DNA from: an uncultured Chryseobacterium sp.
GTDB lineage: Bacteria > Bacteroidota > Bacteroidia > Flavobacteriales_F > PHOS-HE28
Direction: 5' to 3'
NCBI GenBank assembly: GCA_964649165.1
Contig: CAZYPC010000001.1
Coordinates: 31,529 to 95,528, forward strand
Length of the DNA: 64,000 bases
The translations under genes were made by a program, and so were the position numbers. The first letter of the stretch is position 1. Each line of letters opens with the position of its first letter. The notes under the pieces are model-generated. The model had not been told where the DNA came from. It saw only the letters and a program-made list of their open reading frames with translations, and made no database searches. Below are positions 28,299 to 38,191 of the stretch, in pieces.

Positions 28299-29831
28299 CT
28301 ATTCGATGATCAACTTGGCCCCGCTCAACCAGGTGCTGCCATGGGTGAGGTGAACGTAGTACGCACCGGCACCCAGCGAATGCACATCCAGTTCGTTCTG
28401 GCCCACCACCGCTTTTTGCACCAGCACCTCCTGACCTGTCGCATTTACCACTCGTATCCGCAGGTCGCCCGAGGATGACATCGACGAAGGCAAGGACACC
28501 GTGACCACCGCACTGCCACGCGTCGGATTGGGCGCCACGCTCAGCGCATCCTTCAAGTTCGTGACCTGCGAAGTGATCGCCGTACTGAAGTCATCGCACC
28601 CCGGCACCAAACAGCCCATGCTGTCGACCTTCACCACCCACAGGTCATGGTCGTACTGCGGTGGGTTGTTACCGCTCGCACTGTAGTTCACCCAGCCAAC
28701 GGCGATGAAGCCTCCATCATCCGTGGGCAGCACATCGCGGAAGCTCCCTTCACCGTCGTCCAACAAACTGTCCGCATAGAAGTAGTGTCGCATCCACAAA
28801 CTGTCCCCGTCCGAGTTTGCTCGGAGTAGTACTCCCTTGCGATCGCCATTCTCCTGGTAGCTCTGGCCGCAGGTGATCAGATCGCCGAAGGGTTCAACTT
28901 CCTTAACCGCGAAGAAGGTCGTGTTCACGGCTTCCGCGCCATACATGTGCGACCAGACCGTGTTGCCTGCGGCGCCAACCTTCACCATGCATAAAATACC
29001 ACCCAAACCCGCTTGTTGAGGGAACGCACTTGCGAAAACGCAACTTGAATCGGCCAAGGTCTCAATGTGAGCGTTCGGGGAATCACCAATTGAATCACCA
29101 TAGGTGCGTTCCCAAAGGAGTTCGCCTTGCGAATCCACACAAAACACCCACTGATCGCTTAGTCCGACATGATACGTCTTTTGTCCCCCGAGATAGTAGC
29201 CACCGTTCGGAGCCGAGCTCACCGAGACAATTGATTCAATCGTTTCCAGTTGTCCATATGTTTCGCTCCATTCAGTTTCACCCGCACTATCGACTTTCCA
29301 TAACAAAGCATCGCTGTAGACAGGATTTGCGATTTCTGCGGCAACAACAAAGCCATTATTTGATGATTGCTTGGCCTGATAGCCAATGCAAGTTCCAGCA
29401 GCCTCGTCGAATTCCGACAGAACGGCCACATTACCTCCGTCATCCACCACAATCAACACGGCTCGAATTGTCCCTGTTGTATCCGTCGTACTTCCACCGA
29501 GAACATAACCGCCCGCTTCGGTCCGGTCAGCAGTATTCGCCCAGCCCGGGTACACAACGGTCCATGGATATCCCAGTCGATGCTCAGCAATGGGAAATCC
29601 CTGTTCGTCCACTTCAATCGTGATGACAGATGAGCCGTAGTACAGGCTATCAGTCCAAGGGGCGTTACCTATACACAGGAAGTTCCCATTGGTCATTTTC
29701 TCGACGGCCCAGGCAACTTGCCACTCATGTTGGCCCAGTACATCATAGCGCCGCGAGAATTGCTGTGCTGGTGTGGCTGAGGAGCATACGCTCCCCAGCC
29801 ACACCAGCACAGCTATGCGCCAAGCGCCCAT
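28299..29831 (-). CDS. T9SS cargo protein, repeat-rich (propeller-like), function unknown
   Basis: Start reset to MGAWRIAVLVWLGSVCSSATPAQQ. C-terminal CTD LSVAPNPTRGSAVVTV...GAYYVHLTHGSTWLSGAKLIIE. Confidence 0.7.
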   Translation of the reverse strand: MGAWRIAVLVWLGSVCSSATPAQQFSRRYDVLGQHEWQVAWAVEKMTNGNFLCIGNAPWTDSLYYGSSVITIEVDEQGFPIAEHRLGYPWTVVYPGWANTADRTEAGGYVLGGSTTDTTGTIRAVLIVVDDGGNVAVLSEFDEAAGTCIGYQAKQSSNNGFVVAAEIANPVYSDALLWKVDSAGETEWSETYGQLETIESIVSVSSAPNGGYYLGGQKTYHVGLSDQWVFCVDSQGELLWERTYGDSIGDSPNAHIETLADSSCVFASAFPQQAGLGGILCMVKVGAAGNTVWSHMYGAEAVNTTFFAVKEVEPFGDLITCGQSYQENGDRKGVLLRANSDGDSLWMRHYFYADSLLDDGEGSFRDVLPTDDGGFIAVGWVNYSASGNNPPQYDHDLWVVKVDSMGCLVPGCDDFSTAITSQVTNLKDALSVAPNPTRGSAVVTVSLPSSMSSSGDLRIRVVNATGQEVLVQKAVVGQNELDVHSLGAGAYYVHLTHGSTWLSGAKLIIE

Positions 29832-29835
29832 GCGT

Positions 29836-32800
29836 TCAGCGTAGAACTTCGAATTTGGTATTGCCGGCATTAATGCCGTCAATGAAGAGCCCGGCAGTGT
29901 ACACACCAGCCGCCAGGTCCTTCTCCGGGATCTCGAACATGCCAACGCGCCCAGAGAACTGATTTTCCAGTATGATCCGACCGACTGGGTCCACCACGCG
30001 GATCACCGCCTGATCAGCGCCCTCTGGTAACTGTGCCACCAAGTAAACCGGCCCATTCGAGGGGTTCGGGTAAGCGGTGAGCAACGGTTCCATCACCGCA
30101 CTGGCGCGCTCCTTGGCTTGTGCGCTCCGGACCGGTCGCGGCAATACAACCTCCTCCGGCCATTCCTCGCCCAACATCATAAGCCACGCTTGCGCGGCGC
30201 CCGCACCACTGCCGTCCGTAGTTGCGAGCTGTTGCAAGGTGCCTACTCCGCCGGCGTCCAGGTCAGTGGCCTTCTGGTAATGCTCCAGCAGGTTCACGTA
30301 AAGATCCTGCACGATGAAGTAGTCCTCCAGGTCGCGGTCAAGCAGCCCGGCGTCCACTTCCGTGCGGGCCAGGTGCAGATCGCCCATGGCAAGCGCGAGT
30401 CCAAGACGATCCACGGCCGACGTACGCTTCGGATGGTCCGTGTGCAGTTGAAGCGCGCCACTCAGGGTGGCGCCTTGTCGGCCCAGGAGTGCCTTGGATG
30501 TGTAATCGCGCAGCGCATTCGCCTTGTTGCCGTAAGCGCGCGCCATGTCGCTCTCCATGAGGCTGAGCATGCTGATGCCGCCGCCTTGGGCATTGTTGAT
30601 CAGGGTCTTGTGGTAGTCCGTCAAGCCAGAGGATTCCACCAGCGCCAGCACTTCGGCCTGCAGCGGACTGTTGGCGATGAGGGCCTGCGCCACATGCCAA
30701 GGATTCATGGCGGGCACCCGGTTGATGGTTTCCTCCCACGCCCGGAGGGTGACGCGCGGTGCAACCAGCATCAAGTGATTGCGCACGTCGTAGCTGCTGT
30801 TGTGCGCGTCGCGGATATAGTCCAACAAACCGGCCGTGTTCCCGCCGTCCGCCCAGTCGTCATAGACCTCCCGCAACAGGGTGAACTCGGCCTCTGCCGC
30901 GGCCGCCGAGCCCACATCGGCCGTGGCAACCATGCCGCCACTCAGGTCAACCGGACAAACGAGGGGCTTGTCGTATTGATGAACTGTCGGCATGTACTGC
31001 GCCGCCTGATCGATCACCGCGCTCGCGCATTCAGGCACCACCCGCAGCGGAGTGCTCGCCGGATCGTGGTGATAGTAGTCGAACTGGTTCAGCCCGAATT
31101 CCACGTAGAGGTTCTGCTCGGAACTACCACCCAGACAGAGCGGTTCGAACGTGTTGCCACCGGGCGCTTTGTTGTCCGCATCACCGCCCTGCTGCTGCCC
31201 AATGGTCGCTTCGTCGGTAAAGGCGATGTCGTAGTCGTTGGCGGTGGTGCTACTGTAGTCGTTGCATTTGAAGTGCAGGCCGCCGAACTCGTCCGCGCCA
31301 TGGTTCTCCTTTTGGATGACGGTACCCGCGCTGTAGCCTGCGGTGCCGTTACCCGTGAAGCCATTGTAGCAGTTATTGTAGAACAGGTTGTTCTCGATGC
31401 CGGTCTTGCTGAAGATGCTGCCGGCCTTGGGCCAATCGCTACCGGTGGCGGTGAAGACGTTCTCCTCGAACTCGAAACCGGTGCAGGCGTACAGGGATGA
31501 GCCGTAGTTGTACTGAAGCCCGGTCACCGGATGGTCGGGGACGTTGACGGTATTCCGGGTGATGACCGAGTTGGAGGAGCCGGTCAAGTAGATGCTCAAT
31601 CCGCAGCCATTGAACACGCCTTCGTCGAGCTTGATCATCCGGCCTGCGGTCCAGGTGTGGTGCCGCACCGCGAGGTAGAGACCGGTGAAAGCGGGCACGG
31701 TGAGGGACACGGGGTCCCGCTCGATGACGGCCGTAGTATGAAAGGCGAAGAAGCCCATGCCCCATGTGAGGGCGTTGGCGGGATCGCTCTGGGCGGTGTT
31801 CTCAAACGAGCAGCCCCAGAGGGTCATGGGCCCGGCATCCTGGGCCACGACATGTGCTTTGGGGTTGAGGGTCGAGTAGTTCAAGGCGGCGTTGGTGCGG
31901 AAGGTACAACGGGTGTAGGTCTGCATGGCCCCAACGTCGAACGTGTGCGGTGCCCTGTAGACGTCCCACTTGTTGTTCTCGAAGACGGCATCGGTAAGGG
32001 TGATGTTGCCGCCGCCGCTTCCGTCATCCACGCTCGGGTTGACAGGATCCCCGTCCGAAGCGAGGATTCCGGTGAAGGCGTTGCTCACCTTCCCGCCGGA
32101 TTCCACAATCACACTCCCCGCGCCGGTACCGGTCCCATCACTGAGGACTTTCACGCCATCCCACATGCTGGTGGGGCAGCCGCTCACCGAGGTGAGGTGG
32201 GCGTTGTTGCGCATGAGCAAGGTGGCCCCCGGCATCACCTTCACGTTGGTTGGGAATGTGAACTGGCGACTGTCCGCGAAGCCGATGGTGGCCCCATCGA
32301 TGGTGAGGGTGAACCCCGGATCGATGACGAAGCTGCCCTTCACGTTCATGGTAGTGTTCCAAGTGGTGTTAGCGGTGATGTGGTACTCGCCGTTGGGATC
32401 GAGCGTGTACGGGGCATACGATGCGCGGGGATCGCAGGGGGAGAGTTTGGCGAGGTAAGCGTCGTCGAACGCATGGCCGGTATTCCCGCTGATCAGGATG
32501 CCGCCGTCACCCGAATCGCAGATCTTGAAGTTGCATTGCCGCTGGCGGATGTTGTCCGGGAAGCACACGGACACAGGACCTGCACCTGGCGCAACACCTG
32601 GGCCGTCACCATCGTCCCATTGATACTGCCAGAACTGGTCGCCGGTATTGGGGTCCAACTTGGTGCAGTAGCTATCCGTGCCCCAGTAGGAAAAGATGTC
32701 GTTGTTGGCAGGTGGTGCCGCATCCCAGTCGATAGGTTCGATCCCTGCGAGGTCACCCGGATCGGGATCATAGCTGTAGTTGTTCTGCAGGCAGGTCTGT

Positions 32801-34359
32801 GCTTCGGGTGTAAGGTCATCAAAACCCCACCAGTCGTTCGCACTATGGGGTGGCGACCATCGCGTACTGGCCACGGCGATGTTGCCATCGCTTAGCGGAC
32901 AGACGGAAAGTTGGAGGTCGAAGCCCCTGAAACCTGGGCCGAGATCGCGCAAGAGCGTAACGGTTCCGGGCAGTTCAGGATCGATCCGGTAGATGAAGGC
33001 TGAGGCTTCGTGGTTGCCAGGGAAAATGCTCCCGTTGAAGTTCGCGAGCACCGGCCAGATGATCAGAGGCTGTCCGTTGTCCATCACAAAACAGATATCC
33101 GTGCTGTTCTGGTTCAGTGTCAGCTCGTGCTCCGTGAACTGTTCATTGTCAATGGAAACATCCTTGTACCAATCCGGCTTGTGGGGGAGGGCGGGGTCTG
33201 TGGAGTCATCCATGTAGAACATCCACGAGGAGTACTTGCCTCCCCAATCGGGCGTCCACGCCCTGTATCGGAAACCGGAGACCGCGAAATGCTCGCCCGC
33301 TTCTTTGGGTGTGCGACCGATCGCGTAGCCCCAGGTGTTGCCATCCGCTGGAGGGAAGTAGATCTCTTGTGCGGGGTCATTCGCATCCGTCCCATCATAG
33401 ACATGCTGCCAGTTGAGGTAGCCCTCTTGGGTAATGTCCAGCACGATAGGCCGATGGCCAGTGGCTCCTTGTACCATGCCGACGACACGGTATCCGTCGA
33501 GCGCCTGTTGCTGGTCGTAAGTGGGTTCCACATCCCACCCGATACCGACCCGCGAGGCGGCCTCCGTGAAGGTGGCGTCCGGCCCATAGAGATTCGACCA
33601 GATGATGGACCCATCCACAGGGTCGATCTTCATGACGATGAGCTTGTCTTGGCCATAGCCGCAACCTGAAACGGTCAACGGTTGTGTACCCGATTGTGGA
33701 TTATACCGGACGACCGTTGCCGGATCCAAGTTGCTCGGGACCCGATTCGTGGAATTGCGGCCCGTGACCACGATCTTGCCTTCACCATCGATGACCAGTC
33801 CATAAAGTTGGCCGGGCAAATAGGTCTGGTACCACTGCACGTTGCCTTCCATGTCGAATCGGGCGACCGTTCCGAAGATCGATCCGCCGCTCCATCTTTC
33901 GTACGTAAGGAGATGGCTCGGGTCAGGTTGACCTGTGGCATCCCCGTACACGCAGTCACCTTGGGTGTCGGTTGTTCCAAAAAGGAAGTTGGCGAACGTG
34001 GTATACCCACAAGCTATGCTACCCACGGGAACATCGTTTTCATAAATGACCTTCACGGCGTAGAACCAGTCGATGCCGCTCTGGTCCTTGGTCTGCGTTC
34101 CTTGCGGCAGATTAGCCGCAGTCCATTGGGCAGGAGCATTTGTACCGGTCACATAGGTGTACCATACCCCGGCAGGGCGATCCTCAGGGGCATTCCAATC
34201 GTGCCATTCCACCGTCGGGGCCGGCTCTAGGACCTGCTGCCCCAGAACCCATTCAGGCGCGCTCCAAAGCGCACCGACCAGAAACACCCCCCCCCCGTGC
34301 CATTTTTCCGCGACCAGCGAGGCCAAAAGCACCTTCCCACCACACGGAAACACGGGCAT
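29836..34359 (-). CDS. Very large (about 1500 aa) T9SS cargo protein with beta-helix-like central region
   Basis: Continuous high-GC3 ORF. CTD LLTAYPNPSNGPVYLVAQLPEG...GVYTAGLFIDGINAGNTKFEVLR. Its stop is 4 nt upstream of the next gene's ATG. The N-terminal start is uncertain. Confidence 0.75.
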   Translation of the reverse strand: MPVFPCGGKVLLASLVAEKWHGGGVFLVGALWSAPEWVLGQQVLEPAPTVEWHDWNAPEDRPAGVWYTYVTGTNAPAQWTAANLPQGTQTKDQSGIDWFYAVKVIYENDVPVGSIACGYTTFANFLFGTTDTQGDCVYGDATGQPDPSHLLTYERWSGGSIFGTVARFDMEGNVQWYQTYLPGQLYGLVIDGEGKIVVTGRNSTNRVPSNLDPATVVRYNPQSGTQPLTVSGCGYGQDKLIVMKIDPVDGSIIWSNLYGPDATFTEAASRVGIGWDVEPTYDQQQALDGYRVVGMVQGATGHRPIVLDITQEGYLNWQHVYDGTDANDPAQEIYFPPADGNTWGYAIGRTPKEAGEHFAVSGFRYRAWTPDWGGKYSSWMFYMDDSTDPALPHKPDWYKDVSIDNEQFTEHELTLNQNSTDICFVMDNGQPLIIWPVLANFNGSIFPGNHEASAFIYRIDPELPGTVTLLRDLGPGFRGFDLQLSVCPLSDGNIAVASTRWSPPHSANDWWGFDDLTPEAQTCLQNNYSYDPDPGDLAGIEPIDWDAAPPANNDIFSYWGTDSYCTKLDPNTGDQFWQYQWDDGDGPGVAPGAGPVSVCFPDNIRQRQCNFKICDSGDGGILISGNTGHAFDDAYLAKLSPCDPRASYAPYTLDPNGEYHITANTTWNTTMNVKGSFVIDPGFTLTIDGATIGFADSRQFTFPTNVKVMPGATLLMRNNAHLTSVSGCPTSMWDGVKVLSDGTGTGAGSVIVESGGKVSNAFTGILASDGDPVNPSVDDGSGGGNITLTDAVFENNKWDVYRAPHTFDVGAMQTYTRCTFRTNAALNYSTLNPKAHVVAQDAGPMTLWGCSFENTAQSDPANALTWGMGFFAFHTTAVIERDPVSLTVPAFTGLYLAVRHHTWTAGRMIKLDEGVFNGCGLSIYLTGSSNSVITRNTVNVPDHPVTGLQYNYGSSLYACTGFEFEENVFTATGSDWPKAGSIFSKTGIENNLFYNNCYNGFTGNGTAGYSAGTVIQKENHGADEFGGLHFKCNDYSSTTANDYDIAFTDEATIGQQQGGDADNKAPGGNTFEPLCLGGSSEQNLYVEFGLNQFDYYHHDPASTPLRVVPECASAVIDQAAQYMPTVHQYDKPLVCPVDLSGGMVATADVGSAAAAEAEFTLLREVYDDWADGGNTAGLLDYIRDAHNSSYDVRNHLMLVAPRVTLRAWEETINRVPAMNPWHVAQALIANSPLQAEVLALVESSGLTDYHKTLINNAQGGGISMLSLMESDMARAYGNKANALRDYTSKALLGRQGATLSGALQLHTDHPKRTSAVDRLGLALAMGDLHLARTEVDAGLLDRDLEDYFIVQDLYVNLLEHYQKATDLDAGGVGTLQQLATTDGSGAGAAQAWLMMLGEEWPEEVVLPRPVRSAQAKERASAVMEPLLTAYPNPSNGPVYLVAQLPEGADQAVIRVVDPVGRIILENQFSGRVGMFEIPEKDLAAGVYTAGLFIDGINAGNTKFEVLR

Positions 34360-34663
34360 GCCACCCGCGCTTCGGACTCCTGTTCTTTGTCTTCATGTTC
34401 TGTTGGTTTGTTGTCCATGGGAAAAGGGTACCCACGGAGCGGAACAAACCTCAACAGCGTTCCCGGCCCCCGCAATACCCTGCGGGGGGTAATTTGCAAG
34501 GGTCCGGCCACGGGACTACACTTCCTATACACTTCGGACCTCATGTTCCACGGGCTCCGTCTGCCGCAGGCAAAGGATCTCCACCCCTGAACGAAAACCA
34601 TCCATGAGCGGAGGATGACCTCGCACACGCAGTGTGCCCAAGACAGCACGCCGTGCGACCGGT

Positions 34664-36130
34664 TTACTCCTTCGCCGTCCCCTGGATGTACCCCATGCAC
34701 TTGTCGAACACCACAGCCGCCACCTTCCGCCCCATGGCCAAGCCCTCCACATTGTCCACCTGGATGTGGTAGCCACCGAGCACGCGGCTGAACCCGGCCT
34801 GCTCCGCTGTACTGCTGAACGTGGGGAACTTCAACGTGATGCTGTCCGCGGTGATGCCCGGTTCGGTGAGCCAGCCGGGTAGCAGGCGCACCTCCACGCC
34901 GTAGTCGTCGCTGCCGGTGTACAGCTTCAGCGCTTCGGCGCAACCTCCGCTCACCGTGCTGTGGCCGCTCGGGTAGGCCGGGAATGGCGGACAGAGGAAA
35001 CTGTCCGGCGAGTAGGGCCGCCAGTCCTTGCCCTTCATCTTCACCATGCCCTTGTGCGGGCCGCCCCAGCCCATGATGTCCTCCTTGCCCATGATGTAGT
35101 GTACCTGCTGGTAGGGGCGACTCGTGTCGTAGTAGTATTTCGTTTCCCAGCACGCGATGAAACAATCCATCGCCGTGGCGGTGACGATGAAGTACATCTT
35201 CACATCATCGTCGAGGGTGTGCTTGTCGCGCACGCTCACGTCGCGGCTGAAGATGAGCCAGTGACCGGCCTGCTGCACGCTGCGCGGCCCATCGCGCATG
35301 AACTCCACGAGCGCTTTCTGCTCGTTGGTGAGAGCGGCTTGCAAGGCGACGACCTCCCGCACCTCCTTCTCCAGTTGTGCATCCCCCATGCGTGGCGGCG
35401 GCGGGCTGCGGAACTGGCTACCGCTGTCCAGGGCGAAGGGCCTCACATGACCCCAATGCGGTGCGAGCGCGCCGGGTGCCCACTTGGTGCCATCCTCGCG
35501 GATGAAGGTCTTCGGCTGCCAGCGGTCGATGTCGTTGAGCTTCTCCACCGTGTTCTTCGGCTCGTAGTGCGTGTAGTCACCGCACGGCTTGGGGGCACGC
35601 GCGTCTTCTCCGTACATATTGCTGCCGTCGTTGCGGCAAGCGCCCACCACGGCCTTTGATGCCAGGTTGCCGATCCCGGCCGGGGTGGCCGGGTCCTCGC
35701 TCCAGTTGTTCGGGTCAAAGCCGAACTCGGTGAGCCGCTGCGCGAAGAAGGCCGAATCCGCCGGGTACACGGTCTGCAATGCCCGGCACGCGGCATAGCT
35801 GATGGCCATCTGTTTCGCCGCGAGGTCGCGTTCCTGCGCCGGCCGACGCTCCACCTTCAGATGTACCGCTGCGGCTGCGCTGTCGTACCGGCTCCACGCG
35901 TCGTACATGGACCGGGCGACGAGTGCGACCAACCGGCTGCTCACCGGCGGACGTGGGCGATTGCGCTCCGTGTCGTTGGCCGTGCCCTCCAGAAGTACAC
36001 CTCCCCATTTGTAGGCCATGTTGTCCCTGCCCGTGGGCTCTGGCGCGGAAGGTTCTTCTTGAACTGTGGGGGCCGGTTGCTGCGAACAGGCCGCCAGCAA
36101 CAGCAGCACGGGGAGGAGCGGGTGACGCAT
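34664..36130 (-). CDS. PAP2-superfamily / vanadium-haloperoxidase-like lipoprotein
   Basis: Start reset to MRHPLLPVLLLLAACSQQ (lipobox). C-terminal acid-phosphatase/haloperoxidase motifs PSGHSTVSGG and SRVLGGYHIQVD. Confidence 0.7.
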   Translation of the reverse strand: MRHPLLPVLLLLAACSQQPAPTVQEEPSAPEPTGRDNMAYKWGGVLLEGTANDTERNRPRPPVSSRLVALVARSMYDAWSRYDSAAAAVHLKVERRPAQERDLAAKQMAISYAACRALQTVYPADSAFFAQRLTEFGFDPNNWSEDPATPAGIGNLASKAVVGACRNDGSNMYGEDARAPKPCGDYTHYEPKNTVEKLNDIDRWQPKTFIREDGTKWAPGALAPHWGHVRPFALDSGSQFRSPPPPRMGDAQLEKEVREVVALQAALTNEQKALVEFMRDGPRSVQQAGHWLIFSRDVSVRDKHTLDDDVKMYFIVTATAMDCFIACWETKYYYDTSRPYQQVHYIMGKEDIMGWGGPHKGMVKMKGKDWRPYSPDSFLCPPFPAYPSGHSTVSGGCAEALKLYTGSDDYGVEVRLLPGWLTEPGITADSITLKFPTFSSTAEQAGFSRVLGGYHIQVDNVEGLAMGRKVAAVVFDKCMGYIQGTAKE

Positions 36131-36232
36131 CTCGGTGGAAAGGGCCGTGAGTTTAGCACGCTTCGATGGCTCCGACACTGATCATGGGCAGGACGCATCG
36201 CGCGCAATGCGGGGACTCGTAATTTCAACCCC

Positions 36233-36775
36233 ATGCGGACCATGACCCTTCTCTCGGGAACATTGTTGGCCGGCGCCATTTACGCCCAAGGCACCTTCAG
36301 CCTGACCAGTACCACCGTCGGCGGCCAGGCCACGGATGAACAGGTCTTCAACGGGTTCGGCTGTACGGGCAAGAACATCAGCCCGCAGCTCAGCTGGCGC
36401 AACCCGCCGGAGGGCACGAAGAGTTTCGCCATCACCATGTACGACCCGGATGCGCCCACTGGCAGCGGCTGGTGGCATTGGGTAGCTTTTGATATCCCCG
36501 CCTCCACCACAGGCATTCCGGCCGGTGCCGGTACGCCCAACATGCCGGGCATGCCGGCGGGTGCCGTGCAGAGCATGACCGACTTCGGCCAGCCGGGTTA
36601 TGGCGGTCCCTGCCCCCCGGCCGGCCATGGACCGCACCAGTACATCATCACCGTGTACGCGCTGAAGACCGATAAGCTCGGACTGGACGCCAAGGCGGGC
36701 GCACCCATGGTCGGCTTCAACCTGAACCAGCACTTGCTCGGCAAAGCCGGTCTGGTCTTCTACTACGGTCGTTGA
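36233..36775 (+). CDS. YbhB/YbcL family Raf-kinase-inhibitor-like (PEBP) protein
   Basis: Signal peptide followed by NISPQLSWRNPPEGTKSFAITMYDPDAPTGSGWWHW...GYGGPCPPAGHGPHQYIITVYAL. Confidence 0.9.
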   Translation: MRTMTLLSGTLLAGAIYAQGTFSLTSTTVGGQATDEQVFNGFGCTGKNISPQLSWRNPPEGTKSFAITMYDPDAPTGSGWWHWVAFDIPASTTGIPAGAGTPNMPGMPAGAVQSMTDFGQPGYGGPCPPAGHGPHQYIITVYALKTDKLGLDAKAGAPMVGFNLNQHLLGKAGLVFYYGR

Positions 36776-36785
36776 ACGGAGCGCC

Positions 36786-37205
36786 ATGACCATCGAGCAC
36801 CGCGAGACCCGCACCTCCATCGCCCGCATGACCCGCGTGCGGCCGGATTACCTTGAAGTCATGTACGAGCCGGGATGCATGCTCACCTCGGCCTTCTTGA
36901 AGGAGGTGCGCGAGGCCAGGCGGGAACTCATGGGCGGCTCACCATACATCATGTTCAGTATCCTTCCAGAGGATGTGGACTTCGAGCTCGGTGCTGTGAA
37001 CGTGGACCACCTGGCCGACGACCGCCGAGATGGGAACTTCCTCGCCATCGCCGTGGTGACGCGCACGAACATGATCGAGATGATCCTGAAGCTCTACTTC
37101 TCCTATTACCCGCTGCTCACACGGCTGCTGGTGACGGACAAGGAACGGGAAGCCCGCGAATGGGTGGACACCCAGTTCAAGGAGTTGGGGCGACCGGTGG
37201 TGTGA
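36786..37205 (+). CDS. Hypothetical protein (139 aa)
   Basis: High-GC3 ORF starting 10 nt after the PEBP gene. No confident family; it is faintly SpoIIAA/STAS-like. Confidence 0.5.
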   Translation: MTIEHRETRTSIARMTRVRPDYLEVMYEPGCMLTSAFLKEVREARRELMGGSPYIMFSILPEDVDFELGAVNVDHLADDRRDGNFLAIAVVTRTNMIEMILKLYFSYYPLLTRLLVTDKEREAREWVDTQFKELGRPVV

Positions 37206-37208
37206 TCC

Positions 37209-37607
37209 TCAGCGGTTCACCGCCGCCTCGAAGGTGTAGTGGTGCACCTTTTCCACGATATCGATCACCATCGAGCCGCTGAGCCCTTGCAGTTCGCCGG
37301 TGGCGGAATCCGGCACCACGGTGATGCGCTGCTCAGGTTGGCCACGTTGCATGCTGCTGCAATGCATCAGCGCGAACCCGCCCTCACGCCCGAGCAGCTT
37401 GCCCGTGAAACGCTCGAGCGCCACATAGGCCCCGGACGCTTTTTCCCTGTCCATCATCCCGAGCATCTCCACCACGCTCGTCCCCTCCAGGTCGCCGTGG
37501 AAGGTCTTGTCGAAGCGCATCCGGCCGGCACCCAGCTCTTCCGTGCTCTTGTCCGCCGAAAGCGGTGTGGCTTTGATGTTGAATGTGCCCTTGAGCGTTG
37601 CGTTCAT
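37209..37607 (-). CDS. DUF3224 domain protein
   Basis: Start reset to MNATLKGTFNIK. FDKTFHGDLEGTSVVEMLG...GAYVALERFTGKLLGREGGFALMH matches my recollection of DUF3224. Confidence 0.65.
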   Translation of the reverse strand: MNATLKGTFNIKATPLSADKSTEELGAGRMRFDKTFHGDLEGTSVVEMLGMMDREKASGAYVALERFTGKLLGREGGFALMHCSSMQRGQPEQRITVVPDSATGELQGLSGSMVIDIVEKVHHYTFEAAVNR

Positions 37608-37669
37608 GTATGCCGTATGGGCACCAAAACTAGGAGCGGATGCCTGGCGGCTGGAGCGGCCCGGCCGTA

Positions 37670-38095
37670 TCAGTCCCGGTCGCGTTCCAACGACTGCTTG
37701 CTGTTCTCCTGCCGTTCCCTGCGCTTGTCCTGGAGCTTCTTCTTCCCTTCTTCCTTTTTCGCCTGCCACTTGGCGTATTGTTCGGCGGTGAGCACAGCTC
37801 TCAGACCCGCTTCGTAATGATCGCGCCGATCCTTCATCGCGGCACGACGTGCATCACGATCCTGATCGGCGGCGGCACGGTCCTTCTCAACCCCGGTCGC
37901 TTGCTCACGGTTCAACACTTCCACCCGTTCGACCTGCTCAGCGCTCAGCCCCAGCTCCTGCGTCATCCGTTCCGTGCGGGCCTTCACCCGTTCGTCGACG
38001 GTTCTGTGCGGCCGCTCCTTGGGTGCCACCCCGTCCTGTGCGTAACACGATAGGCTTGCGGCCGCGAGGGCCCCCATCATCATCCACTTCTTCAT
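37670..38095 (-). CDS. Periplasmic helical protein with L(S/T/N)xEQ repeats (Spy/CpxP-like)
   Basis: Signal peptide MKKWMMMGALAAASLSCYAQ. Motifs LSAEQVERV and LTAEQYAKWQAKKEE. Paralog of the ORF at 40963..41349. Confidence 0.55.
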   Translation of the reverse strand: MKKWMMMGALAAASLSCYAQDGVAPKERPHRTVDERVKARTERMTQELGLSAEQVERVEVLNREQATGVEKDRAAADQDRDARRAAMKDRRDHYEAGLRAVLTAEQYAKWQAKKEEGKKKLQDKRRERQENSKQSLERDRD

Positions 38096-38191
38096 TGGTT
38101 CTTTGGTCTTGTTGATACATGGACCAAGGCCGCGCCAAAGGGTTCGATCGCTCCGCTCCAGTGTTAACTGAACTTGGGAAGCGCCCTGCCG